DNA from: Verrucomicrobiota bacterium
GTDB lineage: Bacteria > Verrucomicrobiota > Verrucomicrobiia > Limisphaerales > Palsa-1400
Length of the DNA: 64,000 bases
Direction: 5' to 3'
NCBI GenBank assembly: GCA_049510745.1
Contig: JBEKYR010000002.1
Location: forward strand, 64,001 to 128,000
The notes beneath the pieces were generated by a model, which saw nothing but the letters and a program-made list of their open reading frames with translations, did no database searches and had not been told where the DNA came from. Below, piece after piece: positions 36,029-45,050 of the stretch. Positions within the stretch are counted from its first letter, which is position 1; each line of letters opens with the position of its first letter. The position numbers were made by a program, and so were the translations under genes.

Positions 36029-38944
36029 ATGAAGCGCTCGGCCTCTTTGCTGGTTCTGAATCCGCAGGGAAGGTTGCTGCTGTTGCAGCGCGGCGGCGAA
36101 TCCACGCACTTCCAGGGCGACTGGGAATTTCCCGGCGGCAAAATCGACGCGGGCGAGTCACCCTGTCAGGCCGTGCTGCGCGAGGTGCGCGAAGAGGCCG
36201 GACTGCTGGCCGACATTCCAGCCAGTGATCCCCTTTGGCGCACCGTCACAGCCAATGGCACCGTGGAATACTCATTCTTCGTGTGGAAACCCGCGGTTGG
36301 AGATTTGAAAGTCACTTTGAGCGGCGAGCATCAGGCGTTGGCGTGGGTATTGTTCACCGAGGCTCGAAAAATGCGGATGATGGCGCCGCACCGCGAGTTC
36401 ATGGACCGCTACTGGCATCAGGAACAAATCAAAGCCTACCGGGAGGAGCTGCCGCATTACGCCGCCTACAGAAAATTTCTCGAAGCGATTCTCAACCGGC
36501 TCAAATCGCGGTGGGCGCCATTGGCGATTGTGCAGGCGCGAGAAAAGGGGCTGTCCAGCTTCTCCGAGAAATGCGTGCGCAAGGCGGACAAGTATGACGA
36601 TCCCGCGCACCAACTGACCGACCTGTGCGGCGGGCGCATCATCGCCACCACCACCCATGAGGTGGACACGTTGATCCACCAAATCCAGAAATCCTTCGCA
36701 GTGGACGAAATCGAAGACACGGGCCGGCGGCATGACATCGCCGAATTCGGGTACCTCTCCGTGCATTTCACGGTGCATGTCCCGGAAGGCGCCACTGAAA
36801 TCCTGGGCGAGCCTGTTCCCCCGGAGATCGGCGCACGCAAGGCCGAAATCCAGGTGCGAACGATGCTGCAACACGCCCATTCGGAAGTCACGCATGACCG
36901 GCTCTACAAGAGCGGCTTCACCCCGCCCCAACATCGCCGCCGGGAAGCGGCGCGCGTCGCGGCCGTGTTGGAAAGCGCCGATGAGGAATTCGCGCGGTTC
37001 GTCAGCCAATTGGACGCTTATGTGGGTCATTATGCGGCGCACCTGCCGCCGGAGAAACGCCGCAGAGAGATAGATGACCTCAAGCTGGTGCTGGAGCAGG
37101 AGCCGGAGAAGGAGAAAAAGGCCGCCCTGGCCTTGAGGATTGCGCGACTGGCGCGAGCCGCCTGGGATTGGCCTGGGGTCACGGCCTGCGCCGAGCCTTT
37201 CCTCGCCGCCGCCTCTCCGGTGTCCGCCTGCCTGCGGATGGAGGCCGGCCATGCCCTTTGCCGTCTTCATCAGCAACAGCCCGCCGACGCCGCCTTCCGC
37301 CGCGGCCTGGAATTACTCGAAGCCGTCGCCCGGCCGGAGGAACCGTCCGATGCCTGCGTGGAATGCGATGAACGCGACCGCCGTGCCACCGCGCTGGCGT
37401 GGCTTGGTTGGGCGCATTCACGCCAGCCGGGTCGCCGGGCGCAAGCGCGGGCCTGCCTCGAACGCGCCGTCGAGTTTTCTCCTGATAACCCTTATCATCT
37501 GGCCGCCTTTGTCGAACTCGACCTCATTGCCAGCGGCACCGACGAGTATCTCTCGTTGTTGGCGCCCTCGCTGCGGCAGGCGGCGGGGCGTTGCGAAGAA
37601 CACGTGCGCGCCGGCATCGAGGTCACCCGCGCCTGGCTGACGATGGCCAAACTTCGTTTCCTGCTCAACGATCCATTTTTCGCTTTCGACGCTCTCTGCC
37701 TTGGGGCGCGCTCCGCGGAAACGCATCATCCGCTGGAGGACTTGGTGCATTCGTTGGAGCAACTCACGGACGCCATCGGCGCCCGACGGCCCGACATTGG
37801 CTGGCTCTGGGCCGGCGCGCAGTTGCTTGCCAAGGCGAAGGAACGGAGCAGCGTCCCCGCCGCCGGCCAGATCGCGTGGGAACCGCTGGCCGGACGCTTT
37901 CATTTTGACGCCTCGCTCCCCGTCACCATCTTCGCCGGAGCCACGGCTCAGGCGGAAACGGCCCGCCTCGCGGCGTATGAACCGTTTGTGCGAGATGGGT
38001 TGGCGGGCCACAAAGGCATTGTAATTTCCGGCGGAACCACCGCCGGCGTATGTGGTTTGGCGGCGCGCGTTGCCCGCCAGCTCAATTCCTCGAAGCAGGC
38101 CTCCCTTCAACTGGCCGGCTATGCTCCGGAACACTTGCCCAACGGCCTGGCCGTCGATCCGGCCTTCAGCAGCTTGATCCGGACTCCGGGGGCGCGCAAT
38201 TTCTCCCCTTTGGAGTCTATCCAGATGTGGACAGATTTGTTGTTAAGCGGCGTCGATCCAAAGAACGTCCGGTTGTTCTGTCTCGGTGGCGGCGATCTTT
38301 CCGCGACGGAACTGGCCCTGGCCTGGGCCTTGGGCGCGAGAGCCGCGGTGGTCAACGATGCCAGCGTCGCGGCCCGGCGCTTTGCCCGCTTCCTGGATTG
38401 GGCCGGCGGCCAGACCGATTGCGGCATGATGCTGCCCGACGGCCCCGCCACGCTGACCGCGTTTTTCGCTTTCGACGCGCCGATTGATGCCCGGCAATGG
38501 GAGAAAAGCGGCGAGGCCGTCCATCAGGCTTACGTGAAGTCCCAGCAGGCAGGGGCCAAGCAACCCAATATGCTTCCCTGGCCGCTGCTCCGCGACGATT
38601 TCAAACACTCCAACCGCCATCAGGCCGCCTGCTCCGTCGAGATCCTGCGCCATTGTGGATTCATCGTTGAACCCTCGCCGCTGCCGCGCGATCAGATTCC
38701 CCTGATGAAATTCAGCCAGGGCCAAATCGAACAACTGGCCGAATGGGAACATGGCCGATGGAACGTGGAGCGCCTCAAGAGCGGCTGGCGTTACGGTGAG
38801 AAGAAGGATGAGGCGCGCAGGCTGAGTCCATATCTCCTTCCGTGGCAAGAATTGCCAGAGGCCATCAAGGACTACGACCGCGCCGCCGTCCAGGACTGGC
38901 CTGCGATCCTGGCCCAGGCCGGGTGGGTGGTGAGGCAATCTTGA
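36029..38944 (+). CDS. Multidomain protein: NUDIX - RelA/SpoT synthetase - TPR-like helices - SLOG-like - RyR
   Basis: Nudix box GKIDAGESPCQAVLREVREEAGL; RSH motifs AREKGLSSFSEK, DLCGGRII, GYLSVH, EIQVRTMLQH..H..YK; ISGGTTAGV and LGGGDLSATE; EHGRWNVERLKSGWRYG..LLPWQEL..KDYDR. Confidence 0.8.
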   Translation: MKRSASLLVLNPQGRLLLLQRGGESTHFQGDWEFPGGKIDAGESPCQAVLREVREEAGLLADIPASDPLWRTVTANGTVEYSFFVWKPAVGDLKVTLSGEHQALAWVLFTEARKMRMMAPHREFMDRYWHQEQIKAYREELPHYAAYRKFLEAILNRLKSRWAPLAIVQAREKGLSSFSEKCVRKADKYDDPAHQLTDLCGGRIIATTTHEVDTLIHQIQKSFAVDEIEDTGRRHDIAEFGYLSVHFTVHVPEGATEILGEPVPPEIGARKAEIQVRTMLQHAHSEVTHDRLYKSGFTPPQHRRREAARVAAVLESADEEFARFVSQLDAYVGHYAAHLPPEKRRREIDDLKLVLEQEPEKEKKAALALRIARLARAAWDWPGVTACAEPFLAAASPVSACLRMEAGHALCRLHQQQPADAAFRRGLELLEAVARPEEPSDACVECDERDRRATALAWLGWAHSRQPGRRAQARACLERAVEFSPDNPYHLAAFVELDLIASGTDEYLSLLAPSLRQAAGRCEEHVRAGIEVTRAWLTMAKLRFLLNDPFFAFDALCLGARSAETHHPLEDLVHSLEQLTDAIGARRPDIGWLWAGAQLLAKAKERSSVPAAGQIAWEPLAGRFHFDASLPVTIFAGATAQAETARLAAYEPFVRDGLAGHKGIVISGGTTAGVCGLAARVARQLNSSKQASLQLAGYAPEHLPNGLAVDPAFSSLIRTPGARNFSPLESIQMWTDLLLSGVDPKNVRLFCLGGGDLSATELALAWALGARAAVVNDASVAARRFARFLDWAGGQTDCGMMLPDGPATLTAFFAFDAPIDARQWEKSGEAVHQAYVKSQQAGAKQPNMLPWPLLRDDFKHSNRHQAACSVEILRHCGFIVEPSPLPRDQIPLMKFSQGQIEQLAEWEHGRWNVERLKSGWRYGEKKDEARRLSPYLLPWQELPEAIKDYDRAAVQDWPAILAQAGWVVRQS

Positions 38945-38954
38945 AGGAACTTCC

Positions 38955-39905
38955 ATGGCCGAACTGGAATTTGATCACCTGGTTCTGCGCTACTGCCGCC
39001 AAATCGTCTTGAAGACGATGGACCATGTGCGCGGCGCCATGCGGGGCGAAAATCGTCTCAACCTCAAGCGCGCCGTCGCCGATCCCCAGCTTCAAAAATC
39101 AGCCCAGAATCTAACCAAAGCCGTCGATCGCGATGCGGAAGACCTCATTCTCGACGCGCTCCAGCTAAAATTTCCCAAGCTGCCCGGCGTCAAAGCTTAC
39201 ACGGTTTTTTCCGAAGAACTGGGCATCAAAACATTCCCCGAAGGGGCCAGTGAAAGCAACGCGAACCTGGTCGTCTTCATTGACCCGATTGACGGCACGG
39301 AGTTCATCGAATCTCTCCAGGGCGGCTGGTCGTTGATCGCCGTTTATGACCGGCGAGCCGATGAGGTTATTGCTGCGGTGGCCGGGGACATATTTCTGGA
39401 CCGCATCTACTGGGCCTCGAAGAGCGGCTATCCTGAGGGCCTGGATTTCATCACTCATTCCTGGTTCCGGCTGGACGGCGGGCCGGCGCCGAAAACCAGC
39501 CTGCAAGGCGCGCGGATCAATGTGCTGACCACGAAGGTGGACCGCTATCAGGCCTTGGCTGGGCAAACGGCCTTGCTGAATGCGCTGCGGGAGGCGGACG
39601 GACGGGTCAATCTCTCCTGGGGTTCCAACACCATCATCCAGGTGGCGGCGGGATACGCCGATGTGGCGATTGAATTCGCCAAGGGCTTCGCCACCTACGA
39701 CATTCTGCCCGGACTATATATCGGACTTAGAACCGGTCTGACGATTGTGGACCTGTCCGGCAATCCCATCACGTCGAAATTGGACTTGGAAGACATCATC
39801 GCCACCTTTCGGCGCGATCCCCAACATCCCAAACGCCTGCCCTTCATCGCCGCCAAAGAACCGGCCCTGGCGGAACAGGTGCTCAAGCTGCTCAAGAAAA
39901 AGTAA
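38955..39905 (+). CDS. Inositol monophosphatase (FIG superfamily) phosphatase
   Basis: D..AE, FSEE, IDPIDGT, VAAGYAD, YDILPG metal-binding motifs. Confidence 0.85.
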   Translation: MAELEFDHLVLRYCRQIVLKTMDHVRGAMRGENRLNLKRAVADPQLQKSAQNLTKAVDRDAEDLILDALQLKFPKLPGVKAYTVFSEELGIKTFPEGASESNANLVVFIDPIDGTEFIESLQGGWSLIAVYDRRADEVIAAVAGDIFLDRIYWASKSGYPEGLDFITHSWFRLDGGPAPKTSLQGARINVLTTKVDRYQALAGQTALLNALREADGRVNLSWGSNTIIQVAAGYADVAIEFAKGFATYDILPGLYIGLRTGLTIVDLSGNPITSKLDLEDIIATFRRDPQHPKRLPFIAAKEPALAEQVLKLLKKK

Positions 39906-39919
39906 AACAATCTACGACC

Positions 39920-41755
39920 ATGGCCCACGAAGTCTTCATCAGCTATTCGTCGAAGGACAAGACCGCCGCAGACGCGGTCTGCGCGATTCTTGAATCGGAG
40001 TGCATCCGCTGCTGGATTGCACCGCGCGACGTGCGGGCTGGCGAGGAGTGGGGCGATTCGATCCTGAACGGCATCAAAGGTTCGCGCGTGATGGTCTTGG
40101 TGCTCTCTGCCAACGCCAACGAATCGCCGCACATCCGACGGGAAGTAGAACGGGCGGTGAGTTTGGGCATCGCGATCATCCCGGTCCGTATCGAGAACGT
40201 GATGCCGGCCAAATCGCTGGAGCTGTTCGTCACGTCATCACACTGGCTGGACGCGTTCAATCCGCCGCTGGAACGGCATCTGCGTTTTCTGGCGCAGGTG
40301 ATTCAGAAGATATTGCGCGGGCCGGTGGCCAAGCCAGAAGACACGACACCAGTTCAGCCGCTAGTGGCGAAGGAAGTGGTGGCAGAGGTATTGCAGGAGG
40401 CGGTGACGGCGGCGAATGAGATGTCATTCCACTGCGGTCACTGTGGGCAGAATTTCAAGGTGGACAAGTCGGGCGCAGGCACCACCATCCGCTGCCCTAC
40501 CTGTGGCCAGCCAACAACGATTCCGCAAGCGATTGAGCCAGTGGTGCAGAGACCTGCACAGCGGTTATCGTGGGGATGGGTGGCAGCAATCGGATTTGTC
40601 AGCGTCATTGTGATTTTGGCTTTTTTGTTGATGCAAGAAACGCGGCTGAGTTCTGTGGGGAAAGTAAAGCCGGATTCAGCACCTTCAATTCCGACTGCGG
40701 TGAATTCGGCAGGGTCGGGTGATTTTGGGAGGGCACTGGAATCAGGTAGTTGGTCCTGGATTCCTGGGGGGAGTGCGCGTCAGGAACAGGTGGTTTTTTT
40801 GCCGGGCGGGAAGGTGACTAATACATACTGGGTGGGTGAATGGAGGGTAACCGGACCGTTGGAGGTCACAATCGCCTCACCAATTGAACAAAAGCGGCGA
40901 CCGACGTGGGATTACCACGATGCGGTGATCCATTTCAATCAGAAAATGACGGAGTTTACCGGAAGCGATTTTTTTACGCGCCCCCAGGACAATATCGGGA
41001 CGGTGAGAGGTGAAAAATTGTTTGCGGAAGCTGGCCATCCGCCAATGAATGCAGACGCGCCGGCGCATGTGTTGCAAGGTTTGTCGCCGGGTTTGAAAGA
41101 AGGCCTGATCCTGGCGTATGACTTTGATGAACAACCCGTCAACGGGGTTGTCCACGACTTGAGCGGCAGTGGCAACAACGGTCACCTATTCGGACCGGAG
41201 TGGACTCCGCAAGGCCATCACGGCGGCGCTCTCATTTTCGGCCCCCAGAACAAATATGTTGAGATAGCAAACAGTGATTCTCTGAATCCTTCAGCGATTA
41301 CCTTGTCAGTTTGGGTCAAAACTACGCGCGCAGATCATTTCTTTCGCCGCATTATTGAGAAAAGCTTTCGCAAAGGCTTCGCCTTGAGTATCGTAGGCGA
41401 CTGGGAAGGGTGGAAGCCCAAGACCCATAAGCGCGGCCGCATTACCTTTGAGGTGGGTAACAAGGCGATGGAAAGTGACTACCCAATCACCGACGGAGAA
41501 TGGCACCATGTAGCCGCCACTTACGATGGATCCATTGCCCGCCTCTTCATCGATGGTGAACAGCAGACACGCACTCCGAAATGGTCTATTTCAATTCCAA
41601 GCAATGATTTTCCCCTACGCCTCGGCGGCTTCGTTGATCCAGATTTGGTTCATGACGATCCCAAAGCATCGTTTGACGGAATGATGGACGAAGTGCGCAT
41701 TTATAATCGGGCCCTCTCGGCGCAGGAAATGAAAGAGTTGGCATCGCAACAATAA
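39920..41755 (+). CDS. TIR - zinc ribbon - TM - LamG-like protein
   Basis: VFISYSSKD..CWIAPRD..SPHIRREVERA; CGHC..CPTC; WVAAIGFVSVIVILAFLLM; WHHVAATYDG..FIDG..DEVRIYNRALS. Confidence 0.88.
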   Translation: MAHEVFISYSSKDKTAADAVCAILESECIRCWIAPRDVRAGEEWGDSILNGIKGSRVMVLVLSANANESPHIRREVERAVSLGIAIIPVRIENVMPAKSLELFVTSSHWLDAFNPPLERHLRFLAQVIQKILRGPVAKPEDTTPVQPLVAKEVVAEVLQEAVTAANEMSFHCGHCGQNFKVDKSGAGTTIRCPTCGQPTTIPQAIEPVVQRPAQRLSWGWVAAIGFVSVIVILAFLLMQETRLSSVGKVKPDSAPSIPTAVNSAGSGDFGRALESGSWSWIPGGSARQEQVVFLPGGKVTNTYWVGEWRVTGPLEVTIASPIEQKRRPTWDYHDAVIHFNQKMTEFTGSDFFTRPQDNIGTVRGEKLFAEAGHPPMNADAPAHVLQGLSPGLKEGLILAYDFDEQPVNGVVHDLSGSGNNGHLFGPEWTPQGHHGGALIFGPQNKYVEIANSDSLNPSAITLSVWVKTTRADHFFRRIIEKSFRKGFALSIVGDWEGWKPKTHKRGRITFEVGNKAMESDYPITDGEWHHVAATYDGSIARLFIDGEQQTRTPKWSISIPSNDFPLRLGGFVDPDLVHDDPKASFDGMMDEVRIYNRALSAQEMKELASQQ

Positions 41756-41761
41756 TAACTT

Positions 41762-41986
41762 GTGCCCTACGACCTCTTCATCAGGTACTCACGCCGCAAC
41801 AACGAGCAAGGCCGCATCACGCAGCTCGTCGAGCGCATCAAGGCCGACTTCGCTCCCTTCGCGAAGCGCGAACTCGTACCGTTCTTCGACCAGCAGGAAA
41901 TTGCCGGGATGCAAGACTGGCGGCAGCGGGCCTACGCGAATCGCGCAGGGTCATTTGGGGCGAGGTGGACCTCCGCTGGGGCCTAA
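41762..41986 (+). pseudogene. Truncated TIR-domain gene
   Basis: YDLFIRYSRRNN..PFFDQQEIAGMQDWRQR then loses homology before the catalytic helix. Confidence 0.7.
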
Positions 41987-42286
41987 GCGAGGAAGCCGGG
42001 CGCGACGACCGCACCAAGCGCTTCTGCCCGCACGAACTGCGGCACGGCCACCAAGATCGCCTCAAACCTTGTTTCGTCATCCTATCCGCGACGCCTTAAA
42101 CCAAACTAATCTCATGGATACTATCGGGCATGAAACGGCGCGGGATCATGCTTCCCACCGACGAACCTCACCTGGAGCAACTGTAGCAGAAGGCGGGCGC
42201 GCGGTGAACCGCTCATCGAAACTCGGTCTGCTCCTGGGCGGGCTTTTATTGTCGCACAATGGACTTCGGCTCGGTATCGTCGCTGC

Positions 42287-45040
42287 ATGAATGAGCTAGG
42301 CAATTCCGCCCAAAACCCCTCTGCGTTGCCCTCGATTTTGGTGACGGGCGATTTCATCGTTGACCACCACATCTACGAAGGTTCGCGGCATCACTACGGC
42401 GACGCATCGCCGGGGGTGAATGTCATATTGGAGGCGGGCGGCGCGGGATTGGCGGGGAAATTGTTGGGCAGGTTGCTGGCTGAAAAGGCCAATGTCGTCC
42501 CAGACCGGGTCATGCCTGAAGATGGTATTGACACCGCCATCGCCCACCATGCCTATGCGTTCTGGCGTCCGGTCCCGGAGAATGAGCCGGTCGAAAGGCA
42601 ATTCTGGCGCTGCACGGAAGCGATGGGGTTTGGCGATCAGGGGAGCAACGCCGGCAGCAAGACCGAGCCGCCGTGTGAAGTTTGGGCTCAACCGCCGAAT
42701 TTGCCCGAAAACCCGGAGATGGTCGTCATTTCCGAAGGCGGAATGGGTTTTCGCGACACGCCGCGTTGCTGGCAATCACTTCATCTGGGCGCGGCTAAAT
42801 TGATCCTTTTCAAAACGGCGGCGCCGTTGCTCAAGGGCAAATTGTGGGAGATGCTTTCCGGAGAGTATCCGGAAAAGCTCATGGTGGTTGTTTCCGCTGA
42901 CGAGCTGCGAAAGTCCAATGCCCGCATCAGTTCCGGCTTGTCCTGGGAGTCAACTTTTGGGGATTTGGTGCGCGAGTTGGGCGCGGGCGGCAGGTTCACC
43001 GCACTGGCTAAGTGCCGCCATTTGGTTGTGGCTTGCGGTTCGGAAGGCGCGGCGTGGTTCACCTTTAACGCGGCCGCCGCGAAAATGCCGCCGCCGGCAG
43101 GTCAGGACCAGGTGCGGTTTGTGTATCAAGCTGGAAAGATCGAGCACGACCATGCACAGGAAACAGAAGGCACCGCGTTTGGATTCCTGACGTGCCTGAC
43201 CGCCGCGCTGGCGAGGGCGGCGGCCCTGGCGCTGGCCACGGCGGGCGACGCGGCATCCCAACCTTTCAACCTGGCCGAGGTGGATTTTGGCGCGGCCGTC
43301 GAGGCTGGCCTTGCCGCCATGCGTGATCTTCGTGAAAAGGGCCACGGTCCCGCCACGGAGAAGCCCGAGGGTTATCCCATTCCGCGCGTGGCCGATGTCA
43401 TTTGCAATCCGGGTGTTCGCTATACCCAGGCCGGCTTGTTTCTGGCGCAGGCCGCGAAATCCTTCGCCTTGCCTGGAACAAGTTTCCTCGGGTTGGCGCA
43501 ACAAATGAAGGGAAGCGCCAAATCCGATTTCGGCCGGTTAATTGCCATCCACGGTCCAATTGCCTTGGAGAATCTGCCGCACTTGCGGATTGGGCGGTTT
43601 ATGACGGCGGACCGCGCGGAAGTCGAATCCTTGCGCACCCTGGCTCAAGTTGTTTCGCGATACGTCAAGCATGACCAAGGCAAAAAACCGCTTTCCGTCG
43701 GCGTGTTCGGGCCGCCGGGGGCGGGAAAGTCATTTGCAGTCCGGGAGCTGGCCGACGAACTGCTCAAGAAGAAAGGCGCATGGCTTGAGTTTAATCTGTC
43801 GCAATTCGCTTCGTCCGACGACCTGAACGGCGCCTTTCACCAGGTCCGCGATCAAGTGCTGCAGGGCAGGATTCCGGTCGCGTTTTTCGACGAATTCGAT
43901 TCCGCGGGCTACAAGTGGTTGCAGTATCTGCTGGCGCCCATGCAGGACGGGCGGTTCCAGCAAGGACAACTTACCCACACCTTGGGCAAGGCCATTTTCA
44001 TCGTCGCCGGCGGCGCCAGTTGGACCTTCGACACTTTTGGACCGCCGCAGCCGGAGGCGGGCCTTGCAACCGAGCCTGAAATCGAACGCGCCTGGGTGGA
44101 ATTCTGCCTGGCCAAAGGGCCTGACTGCAAAAGCCGGCTCGATGCTTTCTTTGACGTGGCCGGCCCCAATCGCCGGGCCGTGCGGGTGAAAAACGACGAG
44201 GACCAGTGCGATTTTGAAGTCTTTGGCCAGCGCCTGCGCGAAGACCCCTCCGACACCTGGGTTGCGATTCGCCGCGCCTTGATTCTGCGCGTGGAACTGG
44301 GCCTGCCGGCGGAACAGCGGCTGGAAATCGACCCTGGATTGGTCAACGCTCTGCTTCATGTGCCGCGCTTCACACACGGCTCGCGTTCCTTCACAAAAAT
44401 TCTCAACCCCTTCAAAGCCATTCTGCCTGCCGCTCTCCAGCCCTCGGCTCTGCCGCCCTGCCGTCAACTGGAGATGCACACCGACGCGAAGGAATTCCGG
44501 CTGCTTTGCGAAGGCAAAGACCTTGCCCCGGAACTGAAGCCCGAAGAACTCCCCGAAGAAGTCATCCACCTCCTGGCGCCACAAATACACGAGACTTATA
44601 ATGAACTCGGCCTGCGGGCGGGCTGGTTGAAATCAACGGACGCCATGCCGTTGGACGAATACAAGAAGGCCAAGCCGTTTGAAGGGCAATCGAATTATGA
44701 AGCGGCGCGCCGGATGCCGGGAATTCTGGCCCTGGCCGGCCTTCGCCTTGTTCCAGGCCAATTCTCGGCCGATGAGTTGCGTCCAATTCGCCAGCATCTG
44801 GAGTTTCATTTGGATTTGCTGGCCAATGCTGAACATCTGGGGTGGATGGATTGGTATTTCCAAAATGGATGGACTTATCATCCAGACGGGCACACCCAAG
44901 AGCAAAGAGCGAAGAAGCGCCACAACTGCCTGAAACCCTTCACCCAGCTCAAGGAAGCCGACCAAACCAAAGACCGCGAGCAAGTGCGCCACTACCCGCA
45001 CTTCGCGAAGCGGGCCGGCTATAAGATCGTCTTTGCATGA
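42287..45040 (+). CDS. PfkB-like N-domain - AAA+ ATPase - RyR domain protein
   Basis: ILVTGDFIVD N-terminus; Walker A GPPGAGKS, Walker B FFDEFD; AEHLGWMDWYFQNGWTY..HNCLKPFTQL..KDREQV. Confidence 0.78.
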   Translation: MNELGNSAQNPSALPSILVTGDFIVDHHIYEGSRHHYGDASPGVNVILEAGGAGLAGKLLGRLLAEKANVVPDRVMPEDGIDTAIAHHAYAFWRPVPENEPVERQFWRCTEAMGFGDQGSNAGSKTEPPCEVWAQPPNLPENPEMVVISEGGMGFRDTPRCWQSLHLGAAKLILFKTAAPLLKGKLWEMLSGEYPEKLMVVVSADELRKSNARISSGLSWESTFGDLVRELGAGGRFTALAKCRHLVVACGSEGAAWFTFNAAAAKMPPPAGQDQVRFVYQAGKIEHDHAQETEGTAFGFLTCLTAALARAAALALATAGDAASQPFNLAEVDFGAAVEAGLAAMRDLREKGHGPATEKPEGYPIPRVADVICNPGVRYTQAGLFLAQAAKSFALPGTSFLGLAQQMKGSAKSDFGRLIAIHGPIALENLPHLRIGRFMTADRAEVESLRTLAQVVSRYVKHDQGKKPLSVGVFGPPGAGKSFAVRELADELLKKKGAWLEFNLSQFASSDDLNGAFHQVRDQVLQGRIPVAFFDEFDSAGYKWLQYLLAPMQDGRFQQGQLTHTLGKAIFIVAGGASWTFDTFGPPQPEAGLATEPEIERAWVEFCLAKGPDCKSRLDAFFDVAGPNRRAVRVKNDEDQCDFEVFGQRLREDPSDTWVAIRRALILRVELGLPAEQRLEIDPGLVNALLHVPRFTHGSRSFTKILNPFKAILPAALQPSALPPCRQLEMHTDAKEFRLLCEGKDLAPELKPEELPEEVIHLLAPQIHETYNELGLRAGWLKSTDAMPLDEYKKAKPFEGQSNYEAARRMPGILALAGLRLVPGQFSADELRPIRQHLEFHLDLLANAEHLGWMDWYFQNGWTYHPDGHTQEQRAKKRHNCLKPFTQLKEADQTKDREQVRHYPHFAKRAGYKIVFA

Positions 45041-45050
45041 CTGGCCATAA

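Noticed and set aside
42000..42100. ILSATP helicase-like motif in the decayed region
   Set aside because: Too short, with no other helicase motifs
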